In this document: one piece after another, positions 11,593 through 20,412 of the stretch | Layout: the number at the start of each line of letters is the position of its first letter | Position numbering within the stretch: position 1 is the first letter of the stretch | From: an uncultured Pseudomonadota bacterium | GTDB lineage: Bacteria; Pseudomonadota; Alphaproteobacteria; Rs-D84; CASDRH01 | Length of the DNA: 55,595 nt | Reading direction: 5' to 3' | NCBI GenBank assembly: GCA_949283075.1 | Contig: CASDRH010000029.1 | Span: forward strand, 1 to 55,595 | Made by a program: the position numbers and the translations under genes | The notes under the pieces: model-generated | Seen by the model: only the letters and a program-made list of their open reading frames with translations | Databases searched by the model: none | Told to the model about the DNA's origin: nothing

Positions 11593-12096
11593 TTATTGCA
11601 ATATATCTTTGTCTGGTTTGCAGAATTCATCTTTGTAATATCTTTCTACCCATACTTTTCCATTAAGATTATATCCTTTATTTTTTGGAACTACATTTAC
11701 TTTGTCTTTATTTACTAAATATATTGCTTTATCATTTTGTTCTAATGTAAAACCTGCTGCTCTTCTTAATTTTCTTAATTCTTCTCTATTATATCCATAT
11801 AAAAAACATTCTTTCCTTTTATCTTGGTAAAATTTTACTCCACATAAATTTGATATAGCTATTGCGCTTGTATCTGATGTTGAAAATGATTTTAAAAAAT
11901 CAGCACTATATAAACTTCCTTCTTTGCATATCTGATTGCCATTATCGTCCTTTTCTGCAATTATAGGTAATATATATAATCTTTTATAAAAAACATTTTT
12001 AAATACTAATACCTCTTTTGACAGTTCAGGAAAAAAATAATTTGTTGAACAAGCTGTTAAAATTACTAATAAAAATGAATATATAAACTTTTTCAT
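11593..12096 (-). CDS. Hypothetical lipoprotein
   Basis: 167 aa. Signal peptide with lipobox LTAC. Its ATG overlaps (ATGA) the stop of an upstream start-less reading frame. Confidence 0.6.
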   Translation of the reverse strand: MKKFIYSFLLVILTACSTNYFFPELSKEVLVFKNVFYKRLYILPIIAEKDDNGNQICKEGSLYSADFLKSFSTSDTSAIAISNLCGVKFYQDKRKECFLYGYNREELRKLRRAAGFTLEQNDKAIYLVNKDKVNVVPKNKGYNLNGKVWVERYYKDEFCKPDKDILQ

Positions 12097-12313
12097 ATTA
12101 GATCCTTTACTATTTGATAATTTTCTAATACATCTTTTATATTTATATCTATATTTGCTTCATCTTTGATAAATATTTTTAATATATTATTGGCTAATTT
12201 ATTTACTTTTTTATCAATATCATTATATAATTCTTTTACTTTATCGTCTATTTTATTTTGTATATCTGTGATAAATTTATCGATAGCATCTTTTATTTTA
12301 TTATCAAGTTTAT

Positions 12314-13441
12314 TTACTGCTTTATAAACTCATCTTCAACAGCTTTTATTATTTTACTTTTTAAGTCTGTTGTTTTTTCTATAATATCCTCAGTAAATTC
12401 TTTTGATTTATTGGTAAAATCTTTTGCTTGCTTTGTAAAATCTAAAATATCATTTGGTATTTTACTTACGTTATTAGCTGTGTTGTCTAATTTATTTGCC
12501 ATTTTATTTAGATTTCTTGAAAAGCCATTATCAAAAATATTATCGAACTTATTTGTGAATTTATTTGTTTTATCTGTGAAATCTGTAATACCTTTAAAAA
12601 AGTTATTTATATTTTCTGCTTCTTCTTTGATATTAGATGTAAATCTATCAGCTTGATTTACTGCCTTATTCGCTTCTTTTGCTAAGCTATTGATTATTTC
12701 AAATATCTCTTTATCACTTTGATTTTTTTGTTCATTAATATCAGCAAATAAATTACTTATGCTATCAAATGTTTGCTCTGCTCTATTTTCAACTCTGGCT
12801 ATAAATAATTTTGCTGAATTTGTTATATTATCTAATTTTTTATTTATTGCACTTGATAACTCATTATATATATTTGTTGCTAATTTTGTGAATGAAAAAT
12901 CCTCTTCATCGTCCCAGCCTGATAACTCTTTGAATTTATTTAATGGTTTAGCGTATTTTTCTGTAATTTCTTCAAGTTTATTACTAATATATTTTTTACC
13001 AGTATTAGCTAAATTATTAAAAATACCTTTTATTACAAACTTTTTATCACCTGTATCTTTGACTAAATCATTTACATTATTAAATATTTTTCCCCAATCT
13101 ATTGAAATAGATTGTTCTACTGAAATATTTTTATCTTTTATAGTTTGATTTGTGTTTGTTATATCTTTATTTAATCCTTCTATATAAGTTATTGATGCTT
13201 TTAGTTTATTATCAATTTCTTTAATACTTGTTGCTTTATTCAATGTTAATAAATCATCTACTCTTTCTATCATACTCTTTTTACTTTTAATATTTGTGTT
13301 ATTTGTATACTTATTTATATTTATTATTCCACTACCTATTGTTGTTTTTACAATATTTTCTATTAAATTATTTTCTAATGAGAATGCTAGTCCAGTTGTA
13401 GCTTCATTTTCTTTGAATGGTTTAGTTTTATCTTTATTCAT
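12314..13441 (-). CDS. Hypothetical N/K-rich helical protein, translationally coupled to the TpsA-like gene
   Basis: 375 aa. Its ATG overlaps the TGA of the upstream 1062-aa ORF (ATGA at 13438-13441). It has repetitive xFTxK helical segments and no recognisable family. Confidence 0.55.
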   Translation of the reverse strand: MNKDKTKPFKENEATTGLAFSLENNLIENIVKTTIGSGIININKYTNNTNIKSKKSMIERVDDLLTLNKATSIKEIDNKLKASITYIEGLNKDITNTNQTIKDKNISVEQSISIDWGKIFNNVNDLVKDTGDKKFVIKGIFNNLANTGKKYISNKLEEITEKYAKPLNKFKELSGWDDEEDFSFTKLATNIYNELSSAINKKLDNITNSAKLFIARVENRAEQTFDSISNLFADINEQKNQSDKEIFEIINSLAKEANKAVNQADRFTSNIKEEAENINNFFKGITDFTDKTNKFTNKFDNIFDNGFSRNLNKMANKLDNTANNVSKIPNDILDFTKQAKDFTNKSKEFTEDIIEKTTDLKSKIIKAVEDEFIKQ

Positions 13442-16400
13442 TTCGAAAAAATTGTAATTAACAGATGTTTTTTTGATATATTTTGTGATTTTGTTTCAAA
13501 ATAATTTTTTATATCTTCCCATATTAACTCATTTGCAGATATTGATAAATTTCCCATATCAATACCATCTTTTATACTTGCAATTAAAGAACCTTTCATC
13601 GATAAATTTTCACCTATATTTATATCTACAGATTCACTTCCTTTTATAAAGGATATATCATCAGTCCATAATCTATTTATATTTGTTTTACCATTTTGTA
13701 ATGAGAAGCCAGCAGAAGAATCAGAACCATTTGCACCAAAACCGAATGATTTACCTTTTAACTTATATTCATTTTGTAGAGATACTAATTCCATATTTCC
13801 TTTTATATCAGCAATAATATTTTTTCCTTCTGCTTGATAGCCTATACCACTCATATTTTTACCAACGTTATATATGATTGAACCATTATTTGCTGTTGTT
13901 TTTGAGTAATTATATATTAATACATCTTCTGTTTCTTTTGTTTTATCTAAATTACTATAACCAGATACACCTGAACTATTACCTATATTAAAGCCTATAT
14001 TGATATTTGATGAAGAAATATTATTATTTGATTTATTTTCTACAGCACTAAATATTAAGTCTTTAGCAATATTATATAAAATATTACCATTTGATGATAT
14101 TAATTCTGAACCTTTTTGCTCCATATTATCAGCATTAACAATTATATTTCCTTTACTTTGTATATTTGATCCAATAGTATTAACTATATCTGATGTTGAG
14201 TTATCTGAATATTTACTTAATTCTCCTTTTATATTTCCTGTAAATCCTAATGTTGAAATTGATGTTCCTAAATTTGCAATAGCCATTGATAATGAATATG
14301 AAGCTTTAGTAAAATTTAATACAGATAAATCTAATAATTGTTTTGCTTCTTTTATCTCTTCTTCAAGTTCTTTTATTTCTTTTAGTTTCCATAAATCTGA
14401 ATATGTTGTATTATTTTCAATATATTTAATTTTATTTTCTAATTGTTTTATACTGGATTGAACATTTTCCATATCTTTTTTAGCTTTATTAAAATCTTTT
14501 CGTAAATTATTTATATCTAATGATATATGGCTTGCTTCTATAGAAAGTTTATTTTTTATTTCTTCATTTAATTTATCATTATTTACAATTGTGTCTTTAA
14601 CATAACTAATATTAGTTTCTGGTAAATCTATATTTATATCATCATCAAATGTATAAGATATAGTATTTCCATTTAAATCTTTTACTGTTAATTGTGTATT
14701 ATCTTCGTATGTTATTTCATCTCCTTTAATTATTTCTTTCCCAATTATTATTGTGTACCCATCTTTTGTTTTATATGATTTTCCTAATTCATATCCATCT
14801 TCTGGAATTAAATTTGGGTCTAATATTAAATCGTATCCTGTTGATAATTTTAAAATTGTATCAGTGTTGTTATCTCCTATTTGCTGTAATGGACGATCTG
14901 TAATTTCTTTATCTGGAATATTTTCAATAAATGGATTTTTATATATTTCTTCTAAATCTCCAGATAAAATTGGATCAGGGCCTTTTTTATATTGTCCATC
15001 TTGTCCCATAAATGTTATATCTTCATTTGCATATATTTCAGAGCTGTAATTTATAAGGTTATTACCTGTTTTAAATAATATACCTTTTCCTGATAATATT
15101 CCGCTATTTTTATAATTTATAAGGGCATTAAGAGTATCAAATGTAATATTATTTGCTGATTTGATTTTTCCATAATTTTTTAAATTATTTGAATAAAAAT
15201 ATCCTTCATCATTTGATGATATTAAACTTTGATTTTCTAAATTATTTTTTGCTGAAATATTGAGTAAACCAGATGTTATAATTGTTGAAGCATTTGTTAT
15301 GTTATTTTCAGATATAAGTGTTAAATTTTTACCTTGGTTATTGATTTCTCCTTTATTTAGTATTTCATTTCCTGAAATAAGTAATATTTCATTACCTGAT
15401 AATATTTTATCAGAATTAAGAATATTATTTTTAGCTATTAAGTTTATATCATTATCTGCAATTAATTTTGTATTTGCATTTATATCATAATCAGATTTTA
15501 TTTTTACATTTTGAGTATAAATATAATCAGAGTCTATATTTATATCTTTATTTGATTCTAATATAATACTATTTTTAGCATAATTTGATTTGTCTTTTTG
15601 AGTAATACTACCAGATTCTGATTTTATTTTTATGTTATTATTTGATACAGCTTTTTTATATTGAATATCTCCGTCTGATGTAATTTCAATATCATCTAAA
15701 TTAGATACTAAATCTCCATCTATGTTTACTCCTAGTCCTTTTTGGCTTGTATATATTTTTATTTTACCAGCATAAACCCCTCCAATAGCACTGCTATCTA
15801 CTGCTATATCGATATTATTATTTTTTGTGGTAGCATTTGATGACACTTCTTTTGTTTTAAAATTATAACTATTATTTCCTGTTAATAAATTTATTGCGTT
15901 ATCTGAATATATATTACCTTTTATTTTTATAGCACTTGCAACTATATCAGCAGGTGAACCTGATATATTCATACCAAAGTCATTATCTCCTATACCTTCA
16001 ATTTTAATCATAGCATTTGGAGATAAATCAAATGTTTCTATTTCTCCGTTTTCTATATTACTTGAACCAGCAATTATTGATAGTCTGTTTACGTTTATAA
16101 AACCACAACCTATACAAGTTATTCCATTTGGATTTGCTGTTATATAATCTGCTTGTTGGCCGTATATTTCTGTATACCCTTTTAATGTACTTATATCTGT
16201 TCCTGTTACTTCTGATAAAATTATTTTTGCTGCATTTCCTGTTCCAAAGTTTCTATTAAACTCAACGTGCTGACCACTTAATACACTTTGAGCATTTCCA
16301 GAATATTGTTGAAAATTTAAATTGTTTATAATCAATCCATTTTCATTTACGTTAAAATCTGTGAATTTATTATGAGATACTCCTTCTGCTGTTGGCTTTG

Positions 16401-16626
16401 ATATATTTATAACATCAACTCCATTACTTTGAGGCCCAATTGTTGGAGTATCTCCGTTTATGAAAGGATTATGTTGAGAATAATCTATATTTATTCCTTT
16501 ATCTTGTTGATTTATGTTTTGAGCTAATAAAATAGTAGTGTTTGAAAAAATTAAAGAATATATTATTAAATATGATATTAATAATCTTAAATATTTTTTT
16601 ATAAAGCTTTTATATAAATTTATCAT
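13438..16626 (-). CDS. Two-partner-secretion exoprotein (TpsA, filamentous-haemagglutinin/CdiA-like), short form
   Basis: 1062 aa. After the N-terminal signal peptide comes a TPS domain (GVSHNKFTDFNVNENGLIINN ... NAAKIILSEVTG ... GYTEIYGQQADYITANPNGITCIGCGFINV). Beta-helix repeats follow, then a coiled-coil insert and an FHA-2-like Gly/Ser repeat tail. Confidence 0.8.
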   Translation of the reverse strand: MINLYKSFIKKYLRLLISYLIIYSLIFSNTTILLAQNINQQDKGINIDYSQHNPFINGDTPTIGPQSNGVDVINISKPTAEGVSHNKFTDFNVNENGLIINNLNFQQYSGNAQSVLSGQHVEFNRNFGTGNAAKIILSEVTGTDISTLKGYTEIYGQQADYITANPNGITCIGCGFINVNRLSIIAGSSNIENGEIETFDLSPNAMIKIEGIGDNDFGMNISGSPADIVASAIKIKGNIYSDNAINLLTGNNSYNFKTKEVSSNATTKNNNIDIAVDSSAIGGVYAGKIKIYTSQKGLGVNIDGDLVSNLDDIEITSDGDIQYKKAVSNNNIKIKSESGSITQKDKSNYAKNSIILESNKDINIDSDYIYTQNVKIKSDYDINANTKLIADNDINLIAKNNILNSDKILSGNEILLISGNEILNKGEINNQGKNLTLISENNITNASTIITSGLLNISAKNNLENQSLISSNDEGYFYSNNLKNYGKIKSANNITFDTLNALINYKNSGILSGKGILFKTGNNLINYSSEIYANEDITFMGQDGQYKKGPDPILSGDLEEIYKNPFIENIPDKEITDRPLQQIGDNNTDTILKLSTGYDLILDPNLIPEDGYELGKSYKTKDGYTIIIGKEIIKGDEITYEDNTQLTVKDLNGNTISYTFDDDINIDLPETNISYVKDTIVNNDKLNEEIKNKLSIEASHISLDINNLRKDFNKAKKDMENVQSSIKQLENKIKYIENNTTYSDLWKLKEIKELEEEIKEAKQLLDLSVLNFTKASYSLSMAIANLGTSISTLGFTGNIKGELSKYSDNSTSDIVNTIGSNIQSKGNIIVNADNMEQKGSELISSNGNILYNIAKDLIFSAVENKSNNNISSSNINIGFNIGNSSGVSGYSNLDKTKETEDVLIYNYSKTTANNGSIIYNVGKNMSGIGYQAEGKNIIADIKGNMELVSLQNEYKLKGKSFGFGANGSDSSAGFSLQNGKTNINRLWTDDISFIKGSESVDINIGENLSMKGSLIASIKDGIDMGNLSISANELIWEDIKNYFETKSQNISKKHLLITIFSK

Positions 16627-16707
16627 ATCTTTTAAAGCTGTTAATAATATATTTAGATTATGAATATAATTTATATATAAGCAACAGGACGATATTCTTA
16701 TGAAATA

Positions 16708-16783
16708 TGGTGCCGATTAAGGGATTTGAACCCCCGACCTTTTCATTACGAATGAACTGCTCTACCAGCTGAGCTAAATCGGC
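16708..16783 (-). tRNA. tRNA-Thr (anticodon CGU)
   Basis: The reverse complement is GCCGATTTAGCTCAGCTGGTAGAGC...TTCGTAA...GGTTCAAATCC...ACCA. It folds as a cloverleaf. Confidence 0.9.
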
Positions 16784-16798
16784 TTTAAATATTTGTGT

Positions 16799-17362
16799 TT
16801 ATAAAATTAATTGTAAATTTTCTGGAGTGCCTTTTGATGCTCTAATATTTACCGCGATTACTAACATTACCATATCTGGCCCTTCTACTGGTTCTAACAT
16901 ATGGCTTGTGTTTACTGTTATTTTTGTTATCATTTTATCGTCATCAAGCAATGTATATACTGTTTTATTTTTTGCTTGGTTTCTTAAATTATCAGTAACT
17001 TCTTGGCTTGTTTGAGGTCTACGCAATCCATCAAATAACGTTTTCAGTCTATTATCTATGTCTGCTCTTGCTGTACCTAATACTTCTGGGTGTAATAACA
17101 GAATATCTAGTTCCGCAAGCAAATGTAATTCAGGATTTATTATTGGGATAAATCTTATACCGCTTAAACGTTTTACTATATCTTTTTTATTTAGCGGTTT
17201 TTGATTTGGTGTTCCAATATATTTTTTTAACATAGAATATGGAGGTATTTCCAACAGGCTTTTTAATTGGTCAGAAAAAGCAAGTCGAATATCATTTATG
17301 TGATTTGCTCTTTGCTTTGGATAAGTTTTTATTGGACCTTTATATACTAATCTGAATTTCAT
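16799..17362 (-). CDS. Hypothetical protein with a RusA-like (Holliday junction resolvase fold) motif
   Basis: 187 aa. ADIDNRLKTLFDGL ... LLDDDKMITKITV resembles the RusA pattern DxDNxxKxxxDxL ... DDxxV. Recognition is by motif only. Confidence 0.35.
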   Translation of the reverse strand: MKFRLVYKGPIKTYPKQRANHINDIRLAFSDQLKSLLEIPPYSMLKKYIGTPNQKPLNKKDIVKRLSGIRFIPIINPELHLLAELDILLLHPEVLGTARADIDNRLKTLFDGLRRPQTSQEVTDNLRNQAKNKTVYTLLDDDKMITKITVNTSHMLEPVEGPDMVMLVIAVNIRASKGTPENLQLIL

Positions 17363-17382
17363 ATACTTATTCGCTTTTTTTA

Positions 17383-18582
17383 TTATCTATATAAAACATT
17401 TACTGGGGGAAGTTCTTTTCCTTCTATATATTCTAAAAATGCTCCACCAGCGGTTGATACGTATGAAAATCTTTCTTTTGCATTGCACAATTTTAAAGCA
17501 TTGACTGTATCTCCACCACCTGCAACTGATGTTAAATTTCCTTCTTCTGTTAATTTTGCTATTTTATTTATTAAGCATATTGTTCCACCTGCAAATTCTG
17601 GTATTTCAAATGCTCCTACTGGACCATTCATTAAAACTGTTTTTGATTTTTCTAAAATCTTTGATATTGCTTCTGTTGATTTTTGGCCTATATCAACTAT
17701 CATTTCATCATCTGATATATCTGATATTGATTTTATTTTCGTTTCAACATCTGTTTCAAATTTTGGTGCTGTTATACAATCAATAGATGTTATAATTTCA
17801 CAATTATTCTTTTTAGCAAAATCTCTTATTTCTTTTACTATGTTTACCATATTTTTTTCACAAACAGATTTACCAACTTTATATCCTGCTTCAAAATTAA
17901 ATGTTATATCTATTCCACCACCTACTATTAAATAGTCTACTTTTTCTGATAGATTTTTTAATACATCTAATTTTGTTGATACTTTTGAACCTGCCGCTAT
18001 TGCACATACTGGCTTCTTTGGATTTTTTAAAACTGATTCAAGAGCATTTAATTCTTCTTCCATAAGTCTACCTGCAAAAGATGGTAAGAATTTTGTTATT
18101 CCATATGTTGATGCGTGTGAACGATGTGAACAAGAAAATGCATCATTTACATAATAATCAAAACCTTTTGATAATTCTTTTGCAAAATCTTCTTCGTTTT
18201 TTTCTTCTGCTTTATAATAACGTAAATTTTCTAATAAAATTATATCTCCGTTTTGCATATTTGATATTGCTGTTTGAACTTTATCTCCAATGCAATCATC
18301 TATAAACTTTACTTCTTTACCAATACAATTTGATACTTCATTTATGATTTGACTTAAAGAATATTCTTTTTCTTTTGCTTCTGTTGGGCGCCCCATATGA
18401 GATGTTATTACAACTTTTGCATTTGTTTTTGAAAGCTCTATCGCAGTTTTAGCAAATCTTGCTATTCTTGTATTATCTGATATTTTTCCATCTTTCATTG
18501 GAACGTTTAAATCAGCTCTGACAAAAATTACTTTACCTTCTATACCTATATTTTTTAAGTCATCTATATTTTGTAATTTCAT
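17383..18582 (-). CDS. pgk: Phosphoglycerate kinase
   Basis: 399 aa. Contains VFVRADLNVPMKDGKISDNTRI and a C-terminal GGGDT...STAGGAFLE. Confidence 0.97.
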   Translation of the reverse strand: MKLQNIDDLKNIGIEGKVIFVRADLNVPMKDGKISDNTRIARFAKTAIELSKTNAKVVITSHMGRPTEAKEKEYSLSQIINEVSNCIGKEVKFIDDCIGDKVQTAISNMQNGDIILLENLRYYKAEEKNEEDFAKELSKGFDYYVNDAFSCSHRSHASTYGITKFLPSFAGRLMEEELNALESVLKNPKKPVCAIAAGSKVSTKLDVLKNLSEKVDYLIVGGGIDITFNFEAGYKVGKSVCEKNMVNIVKEIRDFAKKNNCEIITSIDCITAPKFETDVETKIKSISDISDDEMIVDIGQKSTEAISKILEKSKTVLMNGPVGAFEIPEFAGGTICLINKIAKLTEEGNLTSVAGGGDTVNALKLCNAKERFSYVSTAGGAFLEYIEGKELPPVNVLYR

Positions 18583-18729
18583 ATTTTTCCCTTTCTAATT
18601 TCTTTATAATTTTATTTTAATATTATCACATTTTATTGAAAATTTACATTCTTTTTTATTTTGATTTATAGCAAAGTTGATGTATCATTCCTAAATATTT
18701 ATATCTTTGATAAATTTACAGGAGGTATT

Positions 18730-19857
18730 ATGAGTATAGCTGATAAAATCTTACAAAATGCAAGTAATTTAATTAAAATGAATACTGTTCAAGAAAATAA
18801 AGAAATCATAATGGATGCTTTACAATATTGTATTGATTTTTTTAAAGGTAAAAAAGTTTTCCATAAAATATTTAAAGATGATGGTATTCAACCTGTTGCT
18901 GTGATATCTAATATTAATCCAAATGAAAGCTTGTCTTTTGATATATTAACTTGTCATCATATTGATATTGTTCCTTGTGATGCTGGACAATTAAACCCTA
19001 AAATTCAAGATGGTAAATTTTATGGAAGAGGTGCTTTGGATATGAAAACATGGCTTTGTGTTTCTATGAATACGCTTGAATATATCATAGATAATAATAT
19101 TCCTGTTAAGTTTGCTATATTGATTACTACCGATGAAGAAACTACTGCTACTGGTGCTGAATATATTACTAAAAATACTGATATAAATGCTAAACTTTTA
19201 TTAGACCCTGATGTAGCAGGTGATATAAATGAAGTTATTCATAGATGTAAAAGTGCAACTTTTATAAAGTTGATTGCAGAAGGTGTTGGTGCTCACGGTT
19301 CACTTCCTTGGAATGGTATTGATGCTAATGAAAAAATTATGCAAGTTATAAGCAAAATTCGTCAGCATTTTAAATATTATTCAAAAGATGGTGAGCAACC
19401 TGAAAGAAATGATGGTTGGGTTGATACTATGCACATAGGGGAAATTAGCGGTGGTTCTGCTGTAAATGTTATTTCTTCATATTGCTATGCTAATTTAGAT
19501 TTCAGATTGACTGAAAATACTCCTAATGAAAAATTATTTAAATTATTAGATGAGTTAATGATTGATGGAGTTAGATATGAAGTTATAAATGAAGGCATTC
19601 TTGTAAATATTGATGAAAATAATATTTATATGAAAACTTATCTTGATATAGCTGAAAAAATTATTGGTAAGCGTCCTAATTTAGCTTCTATTGGTGGAGC
19701 TACTGATGCACGTCATTTTGCTAAAAAAATGCCTTTGATTATGCATAGCGGTTCTGGTGATGGAGAACACGGTTTGGCTGAATATTGTTTAATTTCATCT
19801 GTGGAACAGTTGGCGCAGATTCAAATTGAGTTTATTAAAAAGTTTGCTGAATTATAA
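18730..19857 (+). CDS. M20-family metallopeptidase (ArgE/DapE/CPG2-like)
   Basis: HHIDIVP, GRGALDMK and TTDEE metal-binding motifs. I chose the ATG at 18730 because GGAGG lies 5 nt upstream; the track ORF begins at a TTG at 18661. Confidence 0.8.
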   Translation: MSIADKILQNASNLIKMNTVQENKEIIMDALQYCIDFFKGKKVFHKIFKDDGIQPVAVISNINPNESLSFDILTCHHIDIVPCDAGQLNPKIQDGKFYGRGALDMKTWLCVSMNTLEYIIDNNIPVKFAILITTDEETTATGAEYITKNTDINAKLLLDPDVAGDINEVIHRCKSATFIKLIAEGVGAHGSLPWNGIDANEKIMQVISKIRQHFKYYSKDGEQPERNDGWVDTMHIGEISGGSAVNVISSYCYANLDFRLTENTPNEKLFKLLDELMIDGVRYEVINEGILVNIDENNIYMKTYLDIAEKIIGKRPNLASIGGATDARHFAKKMPLIMHSGSGDGEHGLAEYCLISSVEQLAQIQIEFIKKFAEL

Positions 19858-19919
19858 TTTATGTTTTAAATTTTTGTTTGCATAATTTATTTACTTTTTG
19901 TATTTTATTATGCAGATTT

Positions 19920-19994
<75 letters not shown>

Positions 19995-20012
19995 TTTATT
20001 AATGAGGTGTTT

Positions 20013-20348
20013 ATGTCTTCTTCTCATGAATTCATTGAGTTTGTATGTGAACAGATATACCCTGTTGGAAATATTACTTATCGCAAAATGTTTGGAGAAT
20101 ATGCTTTATATTGTGATGGTAAAGTTTTTGCTTTGGTATGTGATAATCAGTTTTTTGTTAAAATAACTGATGCAGGGAAAGCTATATTGCCTAATTTAAA
20201 TACTGGTAAGCCATATAAAAATGCTTCTGATTATTTTTTGATTTCAGATTTTGATGATACTGAATTATTGTGTTTGTTTATTAGTAGAACTGTTTCTGAA
20301 TTACCAATTAGGATAAAAAAACAAAAGAAAAAGCATTTAAAAATATAA
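20013..20348 (+). CDS. TfoX N-terminal-domain protein
   Basis: 111 aa from the ATG at 20013; the track ORF start lies inside the tRNA. FIEFVCEQI...YRKMFGEYALYCDGKVFALVCDNQFFVK matches the TfoX_N pattern. Confidence 0.6.
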   Translation: MSSSHEFIEFVCEQIYPVGNITYRKMFGEYALYCDGKVFALVCDNQFFVKITDAGKAILPNLNTGKPYKNASDYFLISDFDDTELLCLFISRTVSELPIRIKKQKKKHLKI

Positions 20349-20412
20349 ATACTTTCTTTCAATTCATAAATTTTTTGTTTCTTTATTGTATATTTATATC
20401 AAGAATATCAAT

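Noticed and set aside
11515-11718. A plus-strand 67-aa ORF, and the 5' part of ORF 19950-20348, could be coding.
   Set aside because: Both start inside tRNA genes (tRNA-Arg and tRNA-Thr). The first is also antisense to the lipoprotein gene. For the second, the real start is the ATG at 20013, downstream of the tRNA.
13438-13900. The TpsA C-terminus could be a bona fide CdiA pre-toxin VENN boundary with a C-terminal toxin.
   Set aside because: The motif reads VENK, not VENN. What follows is FHA-2-like Gly/Ser repeat sequence to the stop, not a compact toxin domain, so I only note the resemblance.
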